The position numbers were made by a program, and so were the translations under genes. A model generated the notes under the pieces. That model was not told the origin of the DNA and made no database searches. It saw nothing but the letters and a program-made list of their open reading frames with translations. 57,839 bases of DNA, from contig BFEA01000025.1 in assembly GCA_003427395.1 (NCBI GenBank), positions 949,625 through 1,007,463 on the forward strand, in the 5' to 3' direction. This stretch comes from Chara braunii. Lineage: Eukaryota; Plantae; Charophyceae. Below, piece by piece: positions 11,065 to 24,857 of the stretch (within the stretch, counting starts at the first letter, position 1; the number at the start of each line of letters is the position of its first letter).

Positions 11065-14000
11065 ATCATGTGTTCGACCCCGGTTTACTTAACCTTTTGA
11101 ACGATGGGGGTGTTGCTGTTTACACCACGGGTATGAGAACTAAACGGATGAGGGTCGTGCAACGATTGGTTCCGATTGCTGACTTTAGGTGTGGTGATGT
11201 GGAACTATTGCCTCTGAAGTCACGACTGAGAACTGGCTAGATTATGAGGGAATGTACTGGGACCTTCGGGACACTATCAAGGGGCGTCTGTACGAACTAG
11301 CATTGACAATGCAGTGAGCTGCCCTTGACAGTCGTTCCATGTAAATTCAAGAAATAGCCTTTCGTGGATGTTATTATGAACAAGCAAAAATTAATCTCAC
11401 GTGGGGGCTCTCATAAGTCTCCAAATTGATTGATAATTATCCACATTTTGGGGTTGAGGTTCACAGTGTCTCACCCTGCAGAAGAGACAGGCGAGCTTGT
11501 TTGCCGCAGTATCACTGATCATGACTTTGTTACGCTCAATAGATTTTGAATCGGTCTTCTATCTTTCCTTCCCTTGTTTGCTCGATCTCTCACTCACTTA
11601 TTTATAGACCTAAGTCCCCCGAGTATAGTCCGCCAGGCAGTTACAGGCACTGACTCAAACCCGTGAGTACGAACTTCGAATGAGGCGCATAACACAACTA
11701 GCGACAAGTTCATCTCTCGTGGTCAAATATATGTCGTCAAAGGCAACCTCTCTTAAAAGACGAAAACAGACCTCGCTCAGCATGTGTCTGAGCACGGCAG
11801 CGGCAGGGCTCATCCGAAGATACTCAAGGTTAGCGTTGGTTATGAGTCTTTATTTGAAAGTCTGAACTGATGTACCCGTGGCAGCATGACAGCTCAGGAT
11901 CACAACCCTTGCCCGTGCACGACCGCTAGTTGATTTTCACTGTTAACGCCAAGTTGTCAGGGCAGACGACCAGTCAGTGAGGCCCTCCGAGGGTAGCCGT
12001 GCACAGAAAAAGAAAATCAGTTATTTGTTGAACGATTTGCTAACGAGATCAGCCTAGCATTGTGCACAATCCCGTTGGTAACGCAAACAGTGACTTAGCA
12101 GGCTTAGACCCTTCCCATGTGTTGTACTGAATGCAACAGTCCAGTCTCCTTCTCATATATTGTCTAGGAGTTGTTTTGGAAATGTTTATCATGCACGCAT
12201 TGGGCAAATGTCATCAATCATTGGAAATAACTCAGTGAAACTGGGAGGGCTTCGCGTTTCATGCGAAACTGAGCACTACTCATCATGCCCTTTCTGGGTT
12301 TTCCTTATACACAACATAAGGTGCTATTATAGACAAGGTCCCATAACGAATGACGATAGTCACCGCTGTGGTTGTAACGTGAGTGGCCCCTGCAGCACAG
12401 AGCACGGTCAGCGTTGATCCCCGTATAGAAAAGTAAAGCAACTTTTCAGGGTCGACCTGGTAGATTGTGTGAGTGGAAATTAATTAAACAGGACGAAGCA
12501 ATTAATCATGAGATCGATAAGTCAGGGACTATCTTTATTATTAGTCTTAGTTTCTACGGATGAGGACCTCACGAGAGCTGCCTTCAGTCACTGAACCAGT
12601 GTGGCGTTGTTCACCCAGATAACCCACTTTATATAGTTTTTGGGCTCCCTTGGTTTTCCTGCTACTTGTACTTATTTCTTATTTAGGCGCTCCCTTTACG
12701 GCGAACTCGTCCCAAAGCAACAGACAATCTATTAGTCACCATCAAGCAGGTACTTGACCAGAAAATAAGCAACCCTTCTAAGCACGAACTTTCGCTTGCT
12801 CATTACTTGCAGATGGCCATATGAGATTGATTGTCTTATCTTAAGGTAGACCCAGGGTTATACAACTTAACCACTCTTACTTAGGTAGCAAGAGCTTTAA
12901 CAGGGCTACCTTGCAATCATGGCAAACCCTTGAGCCTGCCAACCCAATTAGGTGAGCCGTGTCTGACCACATAATTCTAAGAATCCTTGCTACGAGATAT
13001 TCGAGGGAGCGATAGAGCAATGACGACAATAAGCATAGTTAGAGGAAGTGGGGGAGTTGTAACAAGAAAAAGGGCCAAGAAACTCAAAAGGGAGAAGAGG
13101 GGGGGGGCGAAAGGCTTTCGGGCGAGTCGATTAAAACCCTATTTGTAAATAATCTTCCCTTTTCAATCAAAACATTGTCTCGTTTATCACTCCGACCCAA
13201 ACATTCTGTTTGCTTTCAGCACTTGGTTTACTATCTCCATAATACCGCTCACTGGCGAGCCTGCCTTTATCCACGAATGTAGGTGGTCGTTCACTCAACG
13301 ATGGCCAAATCACTCCTTGATTCCTCCCAGAAAAAGCCAGTGTGAGTAAATTCCGATTGTTTTCTCGATCAAATTCCCAGAGAACTAACACAAGAAGGTT
13401 AGAGTCACTATAAGTTGATGGCTCCGAAAAATTGATGTAACGACAAGCAACCAAGACTCGATTCTTGATTAACTGGGTACCCCTCGGTCAACAACACGAT
13501 CTGCTTCAAGTTGATACTCAGGCAAGGTGACCCCATGAACTTCCAAGAACATCTTAACCAACAAGAAAAATTAACCAGAATGAAGAGTTACAATACTGAC
13601 GGAAGCATGCCATGTTCAGTCTGCTGGGAGCAAGTGATCTGAAGCAAAGGCGTTCGCTCATAAAGGGTCAGCGCGAACTGACACCCATAACAGTGAGCTT
13701 GAAGGTCATGTCATTGATCTCTCACTTTCAACCACCCAGGTTTCTTTATCTGCTTTCCTTAGTATGTTCGCACCGCTCTTCCAACTCTACCTTCCCCCCA
13801 CTTCTAACGGCTCCTTCATCCATGCCCCTCGTCAGTTAGAGCTCTCGGTATCCTTATAAAACGTGCTCACCCTCTATGTCAGCTACGGTTCTCCTTTGTC
13901 AAGCGACAATCGCAAGGAAGGTCTCTCCCATCTAGCGTAGCACATCACTCATCACCAATCGATGGTTGACGTCAACAATCTAGCTTAGCTCTCGCGTGCA

Positions 14001-14908
14001 CGACAGGAACCACGCTCTTAGCCTCGTGACGTTGGAGGCTAGGAGCAGTAAGTCACTGGTGTAAACTGGAGGCAACAGCAACCCGTTCTCCCTCGTTTAG
14101 TCCCGCACGCGCGTCTTCGCAAGTCATGGCTAGTCATAACACAGCAACAGAACACGAGCCAAGAATACAACTTCCTCTCGCAAAACATTGAGCTCCACCC
14201 GTGGTCACTTAGCACTCGCCCCAGCACGACTTCAACTTCGTTGTTACTGCGAGCTAGGTGCGTCCACTGAAAACAGTGGCTATGACAACGTCTCCAACCA
14301 GTAAGTGACACTCATATCTCGTTGCACGAACTAGCAAGAAGCTCACCCTGCTTAGGATCAAACTCGGATCAAGCCCGTTCAGAACTGTTCGTGTCAGCAG
14401 CATCCCACACAATAATGACGCCTCCCAGGAAAAGAAAAGGAAGGGAAGCCTTCATCGCCATTTCCCTCCCCAATCCTTGATTACCTCCCCTTGACATGGA
14501 GCGCGCGGGACACACTGAAGCTAGAGGCGCAAGCAACGCACGCGAAGTTGACATCAACGGTAAATTCATTCCCTGCGCCACTCGCACAGGTGTGACCTCT
14601 CTCTCTCCCTTCGCATCTCAATTTTACTTCCTTCTCGCGAGCATTCCTCGCTCACTGCTCTCACATGCTCCACTCTCCATTCAGTGTCTCACAAGATTCC
14701 TGCTGGCAAGCATGAGGTCAACTGAAGCGGAGATGGAAAAAAAAAAACAATGAAGACAATGACGTGCTTTTGCATTTACTCTGTCAAGGCAACGTGCGTC
14801 GATATGTCGAGAATGGGGGGACGAATATCTCTCCGAGGATAGCAGCCTAAGCTGCGCGAGGATGACAGTCTTGTTGCTCCGACGGAAGCAAAGGTGACGT
14901 CAACCACA

Positions 14909-15652
14909 CTACACGCGCTGACCTCCTCCTCCCTTCTCTCTTCTTCTCTGTCTACCCACACACTCTGCATAGTTGCACTCTGGGGCGCACCCCTGGCTCC
15001 GACCTCGCACACATAACTGCTTAGTGCCCCAGATCTCTCTCGTCTCTTGCCCCCTGGCCTCAGACCCGTCTTTGAGTCGACCTCTGCGCCCCTCAGCCAA
15101 GCGGAGCTGGTCCCTCCGTCGTCGTGAGTTGGCCTCTGGGCCGCTCTCCACTGGTTTCGCTGACGAGTGATCTTGCCTCCACTGGTCCAGACCATGCCAA
15201 GACCGAGTCTCCGCGTTCAAATCACTAGCTTCGCTCTCAGCTTCCGTGTCCCGGTCCAAATGTCGCTGCTCCCTCTCTACCGTATCAGTTGAAGTCTATG
15301 CTTCTAGGTACGATACGATCACTTTCAACTCATCTGTGACCCCGTCCCTTCTACACCTTATTTCCGCTTTGTCCTTAGCCTCTGAGATCGCCATCTGCAG
15401 GCCTTGGTCTGCCCGCATTTCTTCTTCTTTCCCCCCTTCTACGTTCACCCTTAGCTTAGACTCCTGCCTACCGTAGATGTAATCCAGTACAACCGTTACC
15501 ATAGGCCCCTCTCCTGACATCCTCTCCCATTTCCAAAGAAATTGAAGGCACCTTGGCCTATAGCCATACAACCCACTGCTGCGTACCATAGCTGAATAGG
15601 CGTATAGAACTCGGCTCCCGACTCCCGAAACACCCCGGGCATAACACTCCAC
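14909..15652 (-). pseudogene. Decayed hypothetical ORF
   Basis: ORFs 15296-15652 and 14909-15259 are in the same frame, separated by one TAG. Confidence 0.3.
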
Positions 15653-18159
15653 ACACGCGTCCGAGGACAGACTGCCTCACGCCCGCCCAGCCACTCAGCC
15701 CTCTCCTCAGTTCACCAACAACTAGTGAGAAGAGGCTACTAATGGCCAAATCGCCGAAAGTTCATCTCCCTCTCTTTTATAAGATCGCCGCTCACCGCGC
15801 CCCCAGCGTTCTAAACGAGGGACTCAAATATCCCATTTTTAAATTTTGTAAAAAAAAAAAAAAAAAAAGAATAATAAAATAAAATAAATTAAAGTATAAA
15901 TATTTACTTTTTTAAATTTCATAAAGCAAGTAGAACAAAGAAAAGAGAGCGGAGCCGAACCCCAACGGTCGCTCCGGAGGTGAAGTGACCCAGGCTTCGA
16001 CGCGGCAGTCCCATAACGGGATACCGATGATCGCCTCTCTCCCCTCAAGACGTGCCGCTGGTCTACCCCTGACGGGTACCCGTGTCCGATGGCAAGGACG
16101 AGGCTTATGACCTTCCATAGGGGTGATAAGCCTCCTACCGATGCGGTCGCGGGTCGCCCCTCTTTTGGGGTCCTACCACACGAAGTTCAGTCGGACAGAC
16201 CTGGCGCAGGGAAACAACGAAGAGTCGAGCCAATCTGAACCATCAGACAACGATCGCGCTTGAAAGTTGACCCGCTAGCCCCTTGAGATGACAGGCCGAA
16301 ATGAAAACCGAGTCTACCTAATCGTGTGAAAAGGAAAATTAAATAATAATAATGAAAATAACGAAAACTTAAGGACAAAGTGACTAAAGGTCGTCAGATT
16401 TTCCCCAAACTAAAGCAGGCGGTTCACTCGTGCAGATTAGGCCTCTAGTTTTCTTTTCACTTTTCTTTTTACGCTTCATTTTTTTTTCTCTCTCGTTTTC
16501 ATTGCTTAGCCTTTTTTTCTCTGACAGCGACCACCTGCTCCAAGCACCTTACCCATAACCTGACTAAAGGGCACTCGGCGCGCACTAGAAAAGACTGCGT
16601 CGGTCCCTCTACCTTCACGTCCCTGGGCGAACCCGGCGGCTACCACGACCGCAGGCTGGTAGTGCTCTGCTGTACAGCAGGGCGCCGAGCCTGCGTGGAC
16701 CAATGGAAAGTCCAGTGGCACACCCTTTTGTTGAGGGCACGCGCCAACTGGGCCGGTCCACAGCAGAGTATAGCCACGCATACTAGGTGGGCCTTGGAGG
16801 TTCTGAACTACCTGATGAGTCGCGGGTGTCAAAGCGAGGAGCTGATACTTAGCAGAAGTCAGGCACAGGAGGGCCGGGGCACCGCACCCTCCGACAACGT
16901 CCCTTTCCCTGATATTCCACAGGGAGAAGCGCCTCAACACGTAAACAGTGCGGGACATGGTGGATCCTGGAAACTGTCGAGAACGAAGGTCACCACCCCA
17001 ACAAGCCAGGTACCGGGCATGCCGATCCCCCCCGTGGAAACGCTAAAGCCAACCCTAATCACACTTAGGTGGTAAGTGTCGCCGAAGCGATGCCCCATTA
17101 CCGCTTGGTCGTCTTGCTCCCGACTCTCCAAAAATGGTTGGTTTTGATTTGGCCGGCGGGTTGTTTTTCTTTTTATCTGATGCCGGCGGGCAGGCGGGCG
17201 GGTAGCTGGTTGTTACGGCAGCAGATGGCGGGGCAAAGGAGAGGTTGGGGCGGGACGGGGAATGTTCCTGGTTTGGCGTGACAAGTGCGAGGCTCGGTGG
17301 GATGCCCGCGAACCGCCCACAGCTACCGGCAAAACCCGAGGACCCGGGGTTCGGCGGGCTGGCAGTGGTATGGGCACTGCGGCAGGGGAGGTTAGCGTGG
17401 AAGGGAAGGCACACACAACAGGGCCAAGAAGGGAAGTGGGGGTGGTGAAGGGTGGGCTGGTGGGAGCTTGGGGCTGGAGTGGTGAGGACCAGACCGCAAT
17501 ATGTTGAGGGGAAGCTCCGACGCCATAGCTTCGTCTGCCCGACCGCGAGAGCGATGACAATGACAATGACAAGGACAAGGACACTGATTTCTTGTCGTTG
17601 GTTTATCATCATTTTGTTGCCTCCCTTCCAGTTTGAACCCAAATAACACCGAGTATTCCGTAACCGGTTTTATCTCTGTCGCATTATGTCTGGGTCTGAG
17701 AGCCTACAATAGCAGGTGAGTGACGTGAGGGATGTCTGAGAGAATCATTGCTACCTGGTAGTTTGAGCATGTCCGAACGCCCCGCGACGAAGTTCTAGAC
17801 TAGATAGGCAATTGGAGTGGTGGTGAGGTGCCTGTCTCTTCCTCGGGATGTGTAGGGACTCTCTCTGTATTTGTGTGTGTGGGACTCACTCGTTTGCTGA
17901 TCCCCTGTGTTCTTTCCTTTCCCTCTCTTCCACTCTACCTTTGCTGCTACTGTGTGTGGGACTCGTTTCTCAGCTTGATGTACCCATGCTAGATGATCTG
18001 CTGAACCGTGACAGACAACCCCCTCAGCTCCGACCGTCATCTCTCAGCCGCATATGCACCGCGAAGTTGTCTCCTTTCCGATCCCTTCGTCTCTCACAAA
18101 CCTGCTTGTTGCTCATTTTCATGTACAAAACTTGAGAAATTTTATCTCCTTGTGCATTG

Positions 18160-18162
<3 letters not shown>

Positions 18163-18251
<89 letters not shown>
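18163..18251. repeat. (CT)n microsatellite running into an assembly gap
   Basis: Directly visible. Confidence 0.97.
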
Positions 18252-19962
18252 NNNNNNNNNNNNNNNNNNNNNNNNNNNNNNNNNNNNNNNNNNNNNNNNN
18301 NNNNNNNNNNNNNNNNNNNNNNNNNNNNNNNNNNNNNNNNNNNNNNNNNNNNNNNNNNNNNNNNNNNNNNNNNNNNNNNNNNNNNNNNNNNNNNNNNNNN
18401 NNNNNNNNNNNNNNNNNNNNNNNNNNNNNNNNNNNNNNNNNNNNNNNNNNNNNNNNNNNNNNNNNNNNNNNNNNNNNNNNNNNNNNNNNNNNNNNNNNNN
18501 NNNNNNNNNNNNNNNNNNNNNNNNNNNNNNNNNNNNNNNNNNNNNNNNNNNNNNNNNNNNNNNNNNNNNNNNNNNNNNNNNNNNNNNNNNNNNNNNNNNN
18601 NNNNNNNNNNNNNNNNNNNNNNNNNNNNNNNNNNNNNNNNNNNNNNNNNNNNNNNNNNNNNNNNNNNNNNNNNNNNNNNNNNNNNNNNNNNNNNNNNNNN
18701 NNNNNNNNNNNNNNNNNNNNNNNNNNNNNNNNNNNNNNNNNNNNNNNNNNNNNNNNNNNNNNNNNNNNNNNNNNNNNNNNNNNNNNNNNNNNNNNNNNNN
18801 NNNNNNNNNNNNNNNNNNNNNNNNNNNNNNNNNNNNNNNNNNNNNNNNNNNNNNNNNNNNNNNNNNNNNNNNNNNNNNNNNNNNNNNNNNNNNNNNNNNN
18901 NNNNNNNNNNNNNNNNNNNNNNNNNNNNNNNNNNNNNNNNNNNNNNNNNNNNNNNNCCCCCCCCCCCCCCCCCTCTTTCTCTCTCTGTGCAGCGCGCGCG
19001 CGATACCCGGCCTACCACTCCACTCCTTGCAACCACTTCTGTTTTTTCAATCACATCATCGCATTTTGCTGCCCCTCTTTTGCTTTTCCTTTTCATCGAT
19101 TGATGTTGTGATGTGGTGGGTTAGACTCTGTCACTCTAGCCTCTCTCTCCCCTCTTGATGTCTCTGGGTCTCTCTTTCTCCGTTCTGAAATGAAATGGGC
19201 GTAGTCCGCAGGAAACCAACACATGTGTTTGTGTAGGAGCCTCGGAGGGATCTGTGTGAAACATCCCTGCTGTTACTCAACAACGCTCCCTCGTTTCTCA
19301 ACGCATTAGGACTTATCGATTAAGTTCTGGACATTATTGTGGCCAGATGCATCCAGCTCCGGCCTTAATTACAGGCAGATACGTTTAGAACTGTGAGTAT
19401 GACCTCAGTCAGTAGTACGCGCATTGGCGGAGATGTGAATCAGAACCGAAACTACGACCAGATCCGTCGTCGTTAGGCGGGTTAAAGTTGCAGCCGAAGA
19501 AAGCAAAAGGAGGGGAACGACGGAAGGGAGAGCAAGCAGTAACCGGGAGAAGCTGGACCGAAGGCATAAAAAAGAAAGAGTAGTTTTCGTCAGTCAAGGC
19601 AATCCAGCTACCGGTAATTCGCGCAGTGATGATGGCTAGAGTAAGTGTTTTTATTCAACTCTAAGCTTCTTGTCACTGTTGTCGCCTAATGCAGTGATGA
19701 TCGATGATGTATACTTACTAGTGTACTACTTCCCTGAGGAGTGGTTGAGCAAAACTCTGCCATTTTGGTGCAATGTGTGTGGGATAAGAAGGTGTCTGTC
19801 TGGTGAAAGAGGTTGAAATTTCACGGTCAAACTTTTTCTGTATTGCAAACGACGGTATGGTCCTGCCGACGTACGTTTACTTGGAGAAAAATGATGAAAT
19901 GACGAAAGCACAAAATTGATGTATTGATGCCCGTTGGATAAAATGGATTCAATGGACGAAGA

Positions 19963-20021
19963 TACTTATTTCAAGATCTTCACTTATTTTCAAGATCTTC
20001 ACTTATTTTAAGATCTTCACT
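19963..20021. repeat. Three tandem copies of a 19-bp unit (acttattttcaagatcttc)
   Basis: Directly visible. Confidence 0.9.
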
Positions 20022-20373
20022 ACTCCTCGTTTGCCTATTTGCTAGTCAGTCTTCATCCGTCTGTTTTTTTTTTTTTTTTTTTTTNTNTNTTGNTTNTACT
20101 GCACAAGAGGATATCGAAAAAAAAAAAATAACGAAGAAAATTGTGGCACATCGATGGAATGAAAGAAGTTTGTGTCATTGTGGTGGTAATTTAACCTGAT
20201 CGAGTAGGAAGAGTGACTCTGCCTACGGCGATCGAGATGCTTACAAGTTTCGTCGGACATCGATGGTACGTGGAGTAGCTGCGCGGGTTCTCGCTTATAG
20301 GCTTGCTGCGCTGCAGCTCCGTTGGGTAGGTTAGGGGGGACCTATGTATTTCTTTTATTTTATTTTTTTGTCT

Positions 20374-20540
20374 TGTTATTTTGTGAGATTACCCCGATCT
20401 TAAATCATCTATTTGCATTAATCACCCATGCTATGGATGTAGGAGCATTAACTCCTAACCTCTTTGGGCTTTTGAAAAACGAAAAAAAATTGTTAGAATT
20501 TTATGAAATAGTTTCGGGAACAAGAATGCATGCTAGTTTC
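20374..20540 (+). pseudogene. nad7: Mitochondrial nad7 fragment (NUMT)
   Basis: LFCEITPILNHLFALITHAMDVGALTP...EKKLLEFYEIVSGTRMHASF matches the conserved Nad7 segment EITRILNHL...HAMDVGALTP...EREKLLEFYERVSGARMHA; AT-rich organellar codon usage; isolated fragment. Confidence 0.9.
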
Positions 20541-21059
20541 TTTTTTTCTTTTCAGGACGCATGTTGTTCTACAACAGAAGGTTTATATGGGGTTGAGATG
20601 CAGCAGTGGACGACAGGAACCGGACAGAGAGAGGCTACAGTAGTCTGGCGGCGCCACCCTCTATCGTTGTCGCGGTCCATCGTTTGCTTGTCAAATGAAC
20701 AGAAGATGCTAAAGAATCTTTTTATTTATTTCTCTATTTTTTGGACTTTGTGCTGTTTTTTTCCTTCCTTCTTTGTATGCCTGCCTGCTGCATTCGTGCC
20801 AATCTACCACCGACTGGTCTATCTTTGCTCAACAAGAAAAAGGGCAAGTTTACTAATAAATCAGAGAAGTTGAAAAACTTATTGGAGAAGATCTGGTTTT
20901 CGCCCCGAGACTGGAGATCTAGTTTTCGCCCCAGACTGCCTGTTTGTATGCTGCCTGCTCGTACTCCCCCAACTTGCCTGCCTGCCCGCCCACTTCTTGT
21001 ACTCCCCCTATTGGGTGGCTTGCGCGTATGCATGATGCCCTTTTGACCGCTCTACCGCT

Positions 21060-23375
21060 CTTCCAACTCTCATGTTGTAGGGCCAAACCCCGATAGACTT
21101 TCGAGCCTTAGTCGACCCCAATGTGGGTCCCATTTGGCTCGGCCCGCCCACACTCATGCTCAGGGCGCGGGCCGTTCGTCCCAGGGTCATGTAGCTCAGC
21201 CCTCACGCCGGGTGGTAGTCTCGCTGGTCATTCTGCAACGCTGAATTTTGTTTTGATTCTTGGTTGTGTTCTCAAGCAATTGCTCCTTCCAATACGCAGG
21301 CAGTCCATGGGTTCTTTGAGAGTTTTTTTCTCTTGTGCACAGGCAAAGCGTCATCCTTAAGCCGCGCACCATTTCCCTGAGCATTGCAATTTTATGGCAT
21401 CATCGGGGCGCGGTGATGTCGTCCTCCCCCTCGCCTCTACGCATCCCTCGAGTGTCCAGCATTTCATCCATTGTCATTGACGCAGGCCCCTTGGTCTTTT
21501 CGGGGCCTATACATGCATGCACAGGCTACTTCACATTTCCCATAGCAAAGTTGCACTTCTTTATTTCATTTACACCCCAAATTACAAAACACAAAAGTCA
21601 CTTCCATGGGTTGGCTTTACGCTAAGGGTCCCATAGCCCCTTTTGCCCCCTCTTCCCTTTTCCTTTGCCGCCTGCTGTCAGGCGGCTGCCTACCAGCCTA
21701 AAGCACCCTTTTAACGGACAAAGACGTTTTTTTGGCATGTTTTCCTTGATCCTGCACCTCTTTGTGTGAATGCATGTGACTATGTGGCTTGAAAGGGGGG
21801 TGCCTGTTTTACTTGGTCCCTTACTAACCTCGGAACGAGCAGGGGTGACCACCCGGAAGAAGCTCGCAGGCAGGAGCTGATGCGAACGTGAGAATAAGAA
21901 AATTCCAAGGGGCGGGGTAACTACTCAGGTCAGAGAAATTCGTCATGGAAGGGGCGAATGCTCAATAAGCGTGATTGCGGTAGAGAACGTTGCGCCCACC
22001 AAAGGACTACACGCCAGATGAACAGGTTTGCAGTGGTGGGGCCGGGGGTGGTCGATAATGGTGTCTTGAGGAAGCCGGTTCAAAATTCCCACGAGAAGGG
22101 TTGTGCTGTGTGCAAAAGTCTGGGTCATCCGGAATCGAATGGTAAACGGGTGGTGACAGTCTTGGTGGGCTGGGCGACGTTCGTGGAAGAATCTAAAGCG
22201 ACTGATCTAACAAGAGGCTAAGGGGAGATGGGATTGACAGATGGAGCGGTTAGCCTTACCAGCGCAGGGTGGGCCAAGAGGGATCGGATAAGCTCACATG
22301 ACCAGGGATGACTGATGAACAGCCTCTACGGCTGACCGAGGAACGAGATGAGAGCTGGGGAGGGAGGAAGGATGACTTGAGCTGCCGCGGCGAGTCCACA
22401 GTTCAGTTCTTGGACGTACTCCCCACAACCGTTCCAATCAGAGAAAAACGAGAGGGGCTGAGGCCCGAGGGTGAATGGCCTGCGCTGCCACAGCAAGTAC
22501 ACAATTCAGTTCTTGGAAGTACTCCCCAACCGTCCCAATCAGAGGAGGGCGAGAAGGACTGAGGCCGAAGTAGCAGAAGTTGAACGGACGAGTGAAGGCG
22601 GCAAGGGAGGAAGCGGGAGCAAGAAACACCGAGGGAGAATGCGCAAGGACCAGTGATTTTTATCCCAGAGTTCGCGAAGGTGAGCTTGCAACTGGGTGGA
22701 GGGGATCAAGGCGGGAAGTTTGGAAAATCTTGAGATTTTCGAAACTCATATGATAAAGGCCCGGAAGAAAGCGGGAGCAAGAAACATTTAGGGAGAATGC
22801 GCGAGGACGAGTGGCTTTAATCTCAGAATCTGCAAAGGTGAGCTTGCGATTGGGTAGAAGGAATCGAGGCGGGAAAGTGGAAAAATTTCGAGATTTTAGG
22901 GGCTCGAATGACGAAGGCAAGGGAGAGAATGGGGGCATGAAGCACCCAGGGAGAGCACATGAGGGCAAACGACTTCAATCCTAGAATCAGCAAAGGAGGA
23001 GATGTGATTAGGAGGTGAGAATCAAGGCGGGAATTTAGGAAAATAGAGATTTTCGGAACTCGCATGAAGAAGGCGAAGAGAGAGCAGGAAACGCACCGGG
23101 AAGCTATGGAGGGCACGCCACTTCGATCCGAGCGGCAGGAAAGGAGAACTTGTGATTGGAAAGGAAGTTTCAAGGTGAAAATGATTTAAAAAATACACAT
23201 ATAGCTCGGGGAGGTGAGTTCGGCCGAGGGGGGTTTTGAAGAGAAAAGGAGTATAAAAGAAAGGGAACGAGCGTGGAAAAAAAAAAAGGGCGGGGGGGAA
23301 AGGTTCCTTTCCTGATGCACGAGTCAGTCGCTCGAACGTACTGGAGCCCAGAGAAACGGCCGACCGGGTACTGGT

Positions 23376-23376
<1 letters not shown>
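21060..23376 (-). mobile_element. Unclassified dispersed repeat, copy 2
   Basis: 21076-21665 is highly similar to 44030-44690 and to the reverse complement of about 900-1256; ends at a (GA)n tract like the other copies; the outer boundary is inferred. Confidence 0.65.
22380..23090. repeat. Internal diverged direct repeats (2 x about 100 bp, then 3 x about 155 bp)
   Basis: ttcagttcttgga-gtactcccc occurs twice; gagcaagaaaca...aggcgggaa...gagatttt recurs three times. Confidence 0.75.

Positions 23377-23434
<58 letters not shown>
23377..23434. repeat. (GA)n microsatellite
   Basis: Directly visible. Confidence 0.97.
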
Positions 23435-23438
<4 letters not shown>

Positions 23439-24490
23439 GCAGAGCAGAGAGAAGGGACGTGCGGAGAGAGTGTGTGGGCAGGTAGGATGGAACGATCAGA
23501 GAGCACGGGTGATCTCTGCGGTATCCGAGTCCATCGTAGGGGAACAAGACGGAGAGAGAGAGGAAGAAGAGGAGAGAGGAGAGACGCGCGGAGGAGCGCT
23601 AGAGGGAGCAGGCACGCAGTCGAGAACAGTCGGAGCGCACAGGTGATCTCTACGTCGCTCGGGGCACCGCCTGCACTTCGAACGGTTAACGCTCCTCCTA
23701 CGCACGTGAAGCCACTGTCAGCTTAGCGCGCATGGTAGCCGGAGCTTGAGCGCTGGAAAGGAAGAACCGCCGCCGTCGATTTGAGCTCAATGACCACGGG
23801 TGGCCGCGGGGAATGATTCTCGTCGGTGAATGGGGGCGTTGCCACTAGCCATTTGCGGCTGTGAGTGACGACCTGGTAGCGGAGGACACACCGGGTGAGC
23901 GCGTCAGGCGTCCCTCCTTTGGGAAGGCTCTGCGCAGTGGTGTAGTTATTCCCTTGTGCGTGAGTGCGCTCCGATCACGCCGCCTGGGCGTTGATGAATG
24001 AGAGAGAGTCTGCGAGGTTCTAGTTCTTGCCTATACTACGTGAGATTGAAGGGCGACGAGCGAAGGATAGCACGCTCTCTTGAGGACTTGCTCGGGAAGC
24101 GATGAAAGCTCTTGGACAGTGATCTGGCGGAGTGGAGCTGGGAACTCTTAACCGTGGGCCGTCGGGTATTGCGACTCGATCAGAGAATGGTTGGCCCCCC
24201 CCTGAGGCGGCCCTAGGCGCCGTTTTTGCGCGGCTCGGTTGCCATCGCCAATCACCGTTGGAGGGGGATAGCCACGTGAGTTATGGTGCAAGCGGTGTGC
24301 CAGCTTCAGCTGCTCTCCAATTCCTGATCTTGTACTTCACTTCCAGGGGGGGGACCACTGGCAGGGGCCTGTTTTTGTCACGTAGCGGGCGTTCATCCGC
24401 CGCTTCGACCTCTACAGGGGCTCTGCGGCTCCGTCGTATGGATGCGAGTGCGTGTTCGTTGCTCTCGCTCCCCGTCTGAAGGAGGGAGAA

Positions 24491-24521
<31 letters not shown>

Positions 24522-24528
24522 GAGAGAC

Positions 24529-24561
<33 letters not shown>

Positions 24562-24857
24562 GAGAGAAAGAGAGAGGAGGAAGGGAGAAAGAAAAAGGGG
24601 GAGAAAAAGCGATAATCGACTCGTTCGGAGGAATTAGTTCGTTGTCGCTACTGACCAGGAGCTTCGTCTATTCTAAGACTCGTAGTCGCGGTGCGGGCGC
24701 CGAGCGATGAGGAGAAGGGGGAAGGACTTTTTTTTTTTTTTTTTTTTTTACCCGTTCTATCCAGGGCTGCTCGAAAGAGAGAGAGAGAGAGAGAAGAAGA
24801 GAGAGAGTGGGAGAGGAAGAAAGGGGGGAAGTGAGGGGAAGAGCAGCCTCAGACTTC

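Noticed and set aside
16662-17075. ORF resembling a LINE ORF2 tail
   Set aside because: No diagnostic motif or poly(A); cannot be supported
18008-19158. Long ORFs across N gaps (also at 45.4, 48.0 and 56.1 kb)
   Set aside because: Artefacts of Ns and microsatellites
19623-19737. Box C/D snoRNA (TGATGA...CTGA)
   Set aside because: No terminal stem or recognisable guide; equally explained by a short intron or a direct repeat
20322-20873. 183-aa ORF as a functional nad7 gene
   Set aside because: Only about 55 codons are nad7-like; the rest is unrelated sequence
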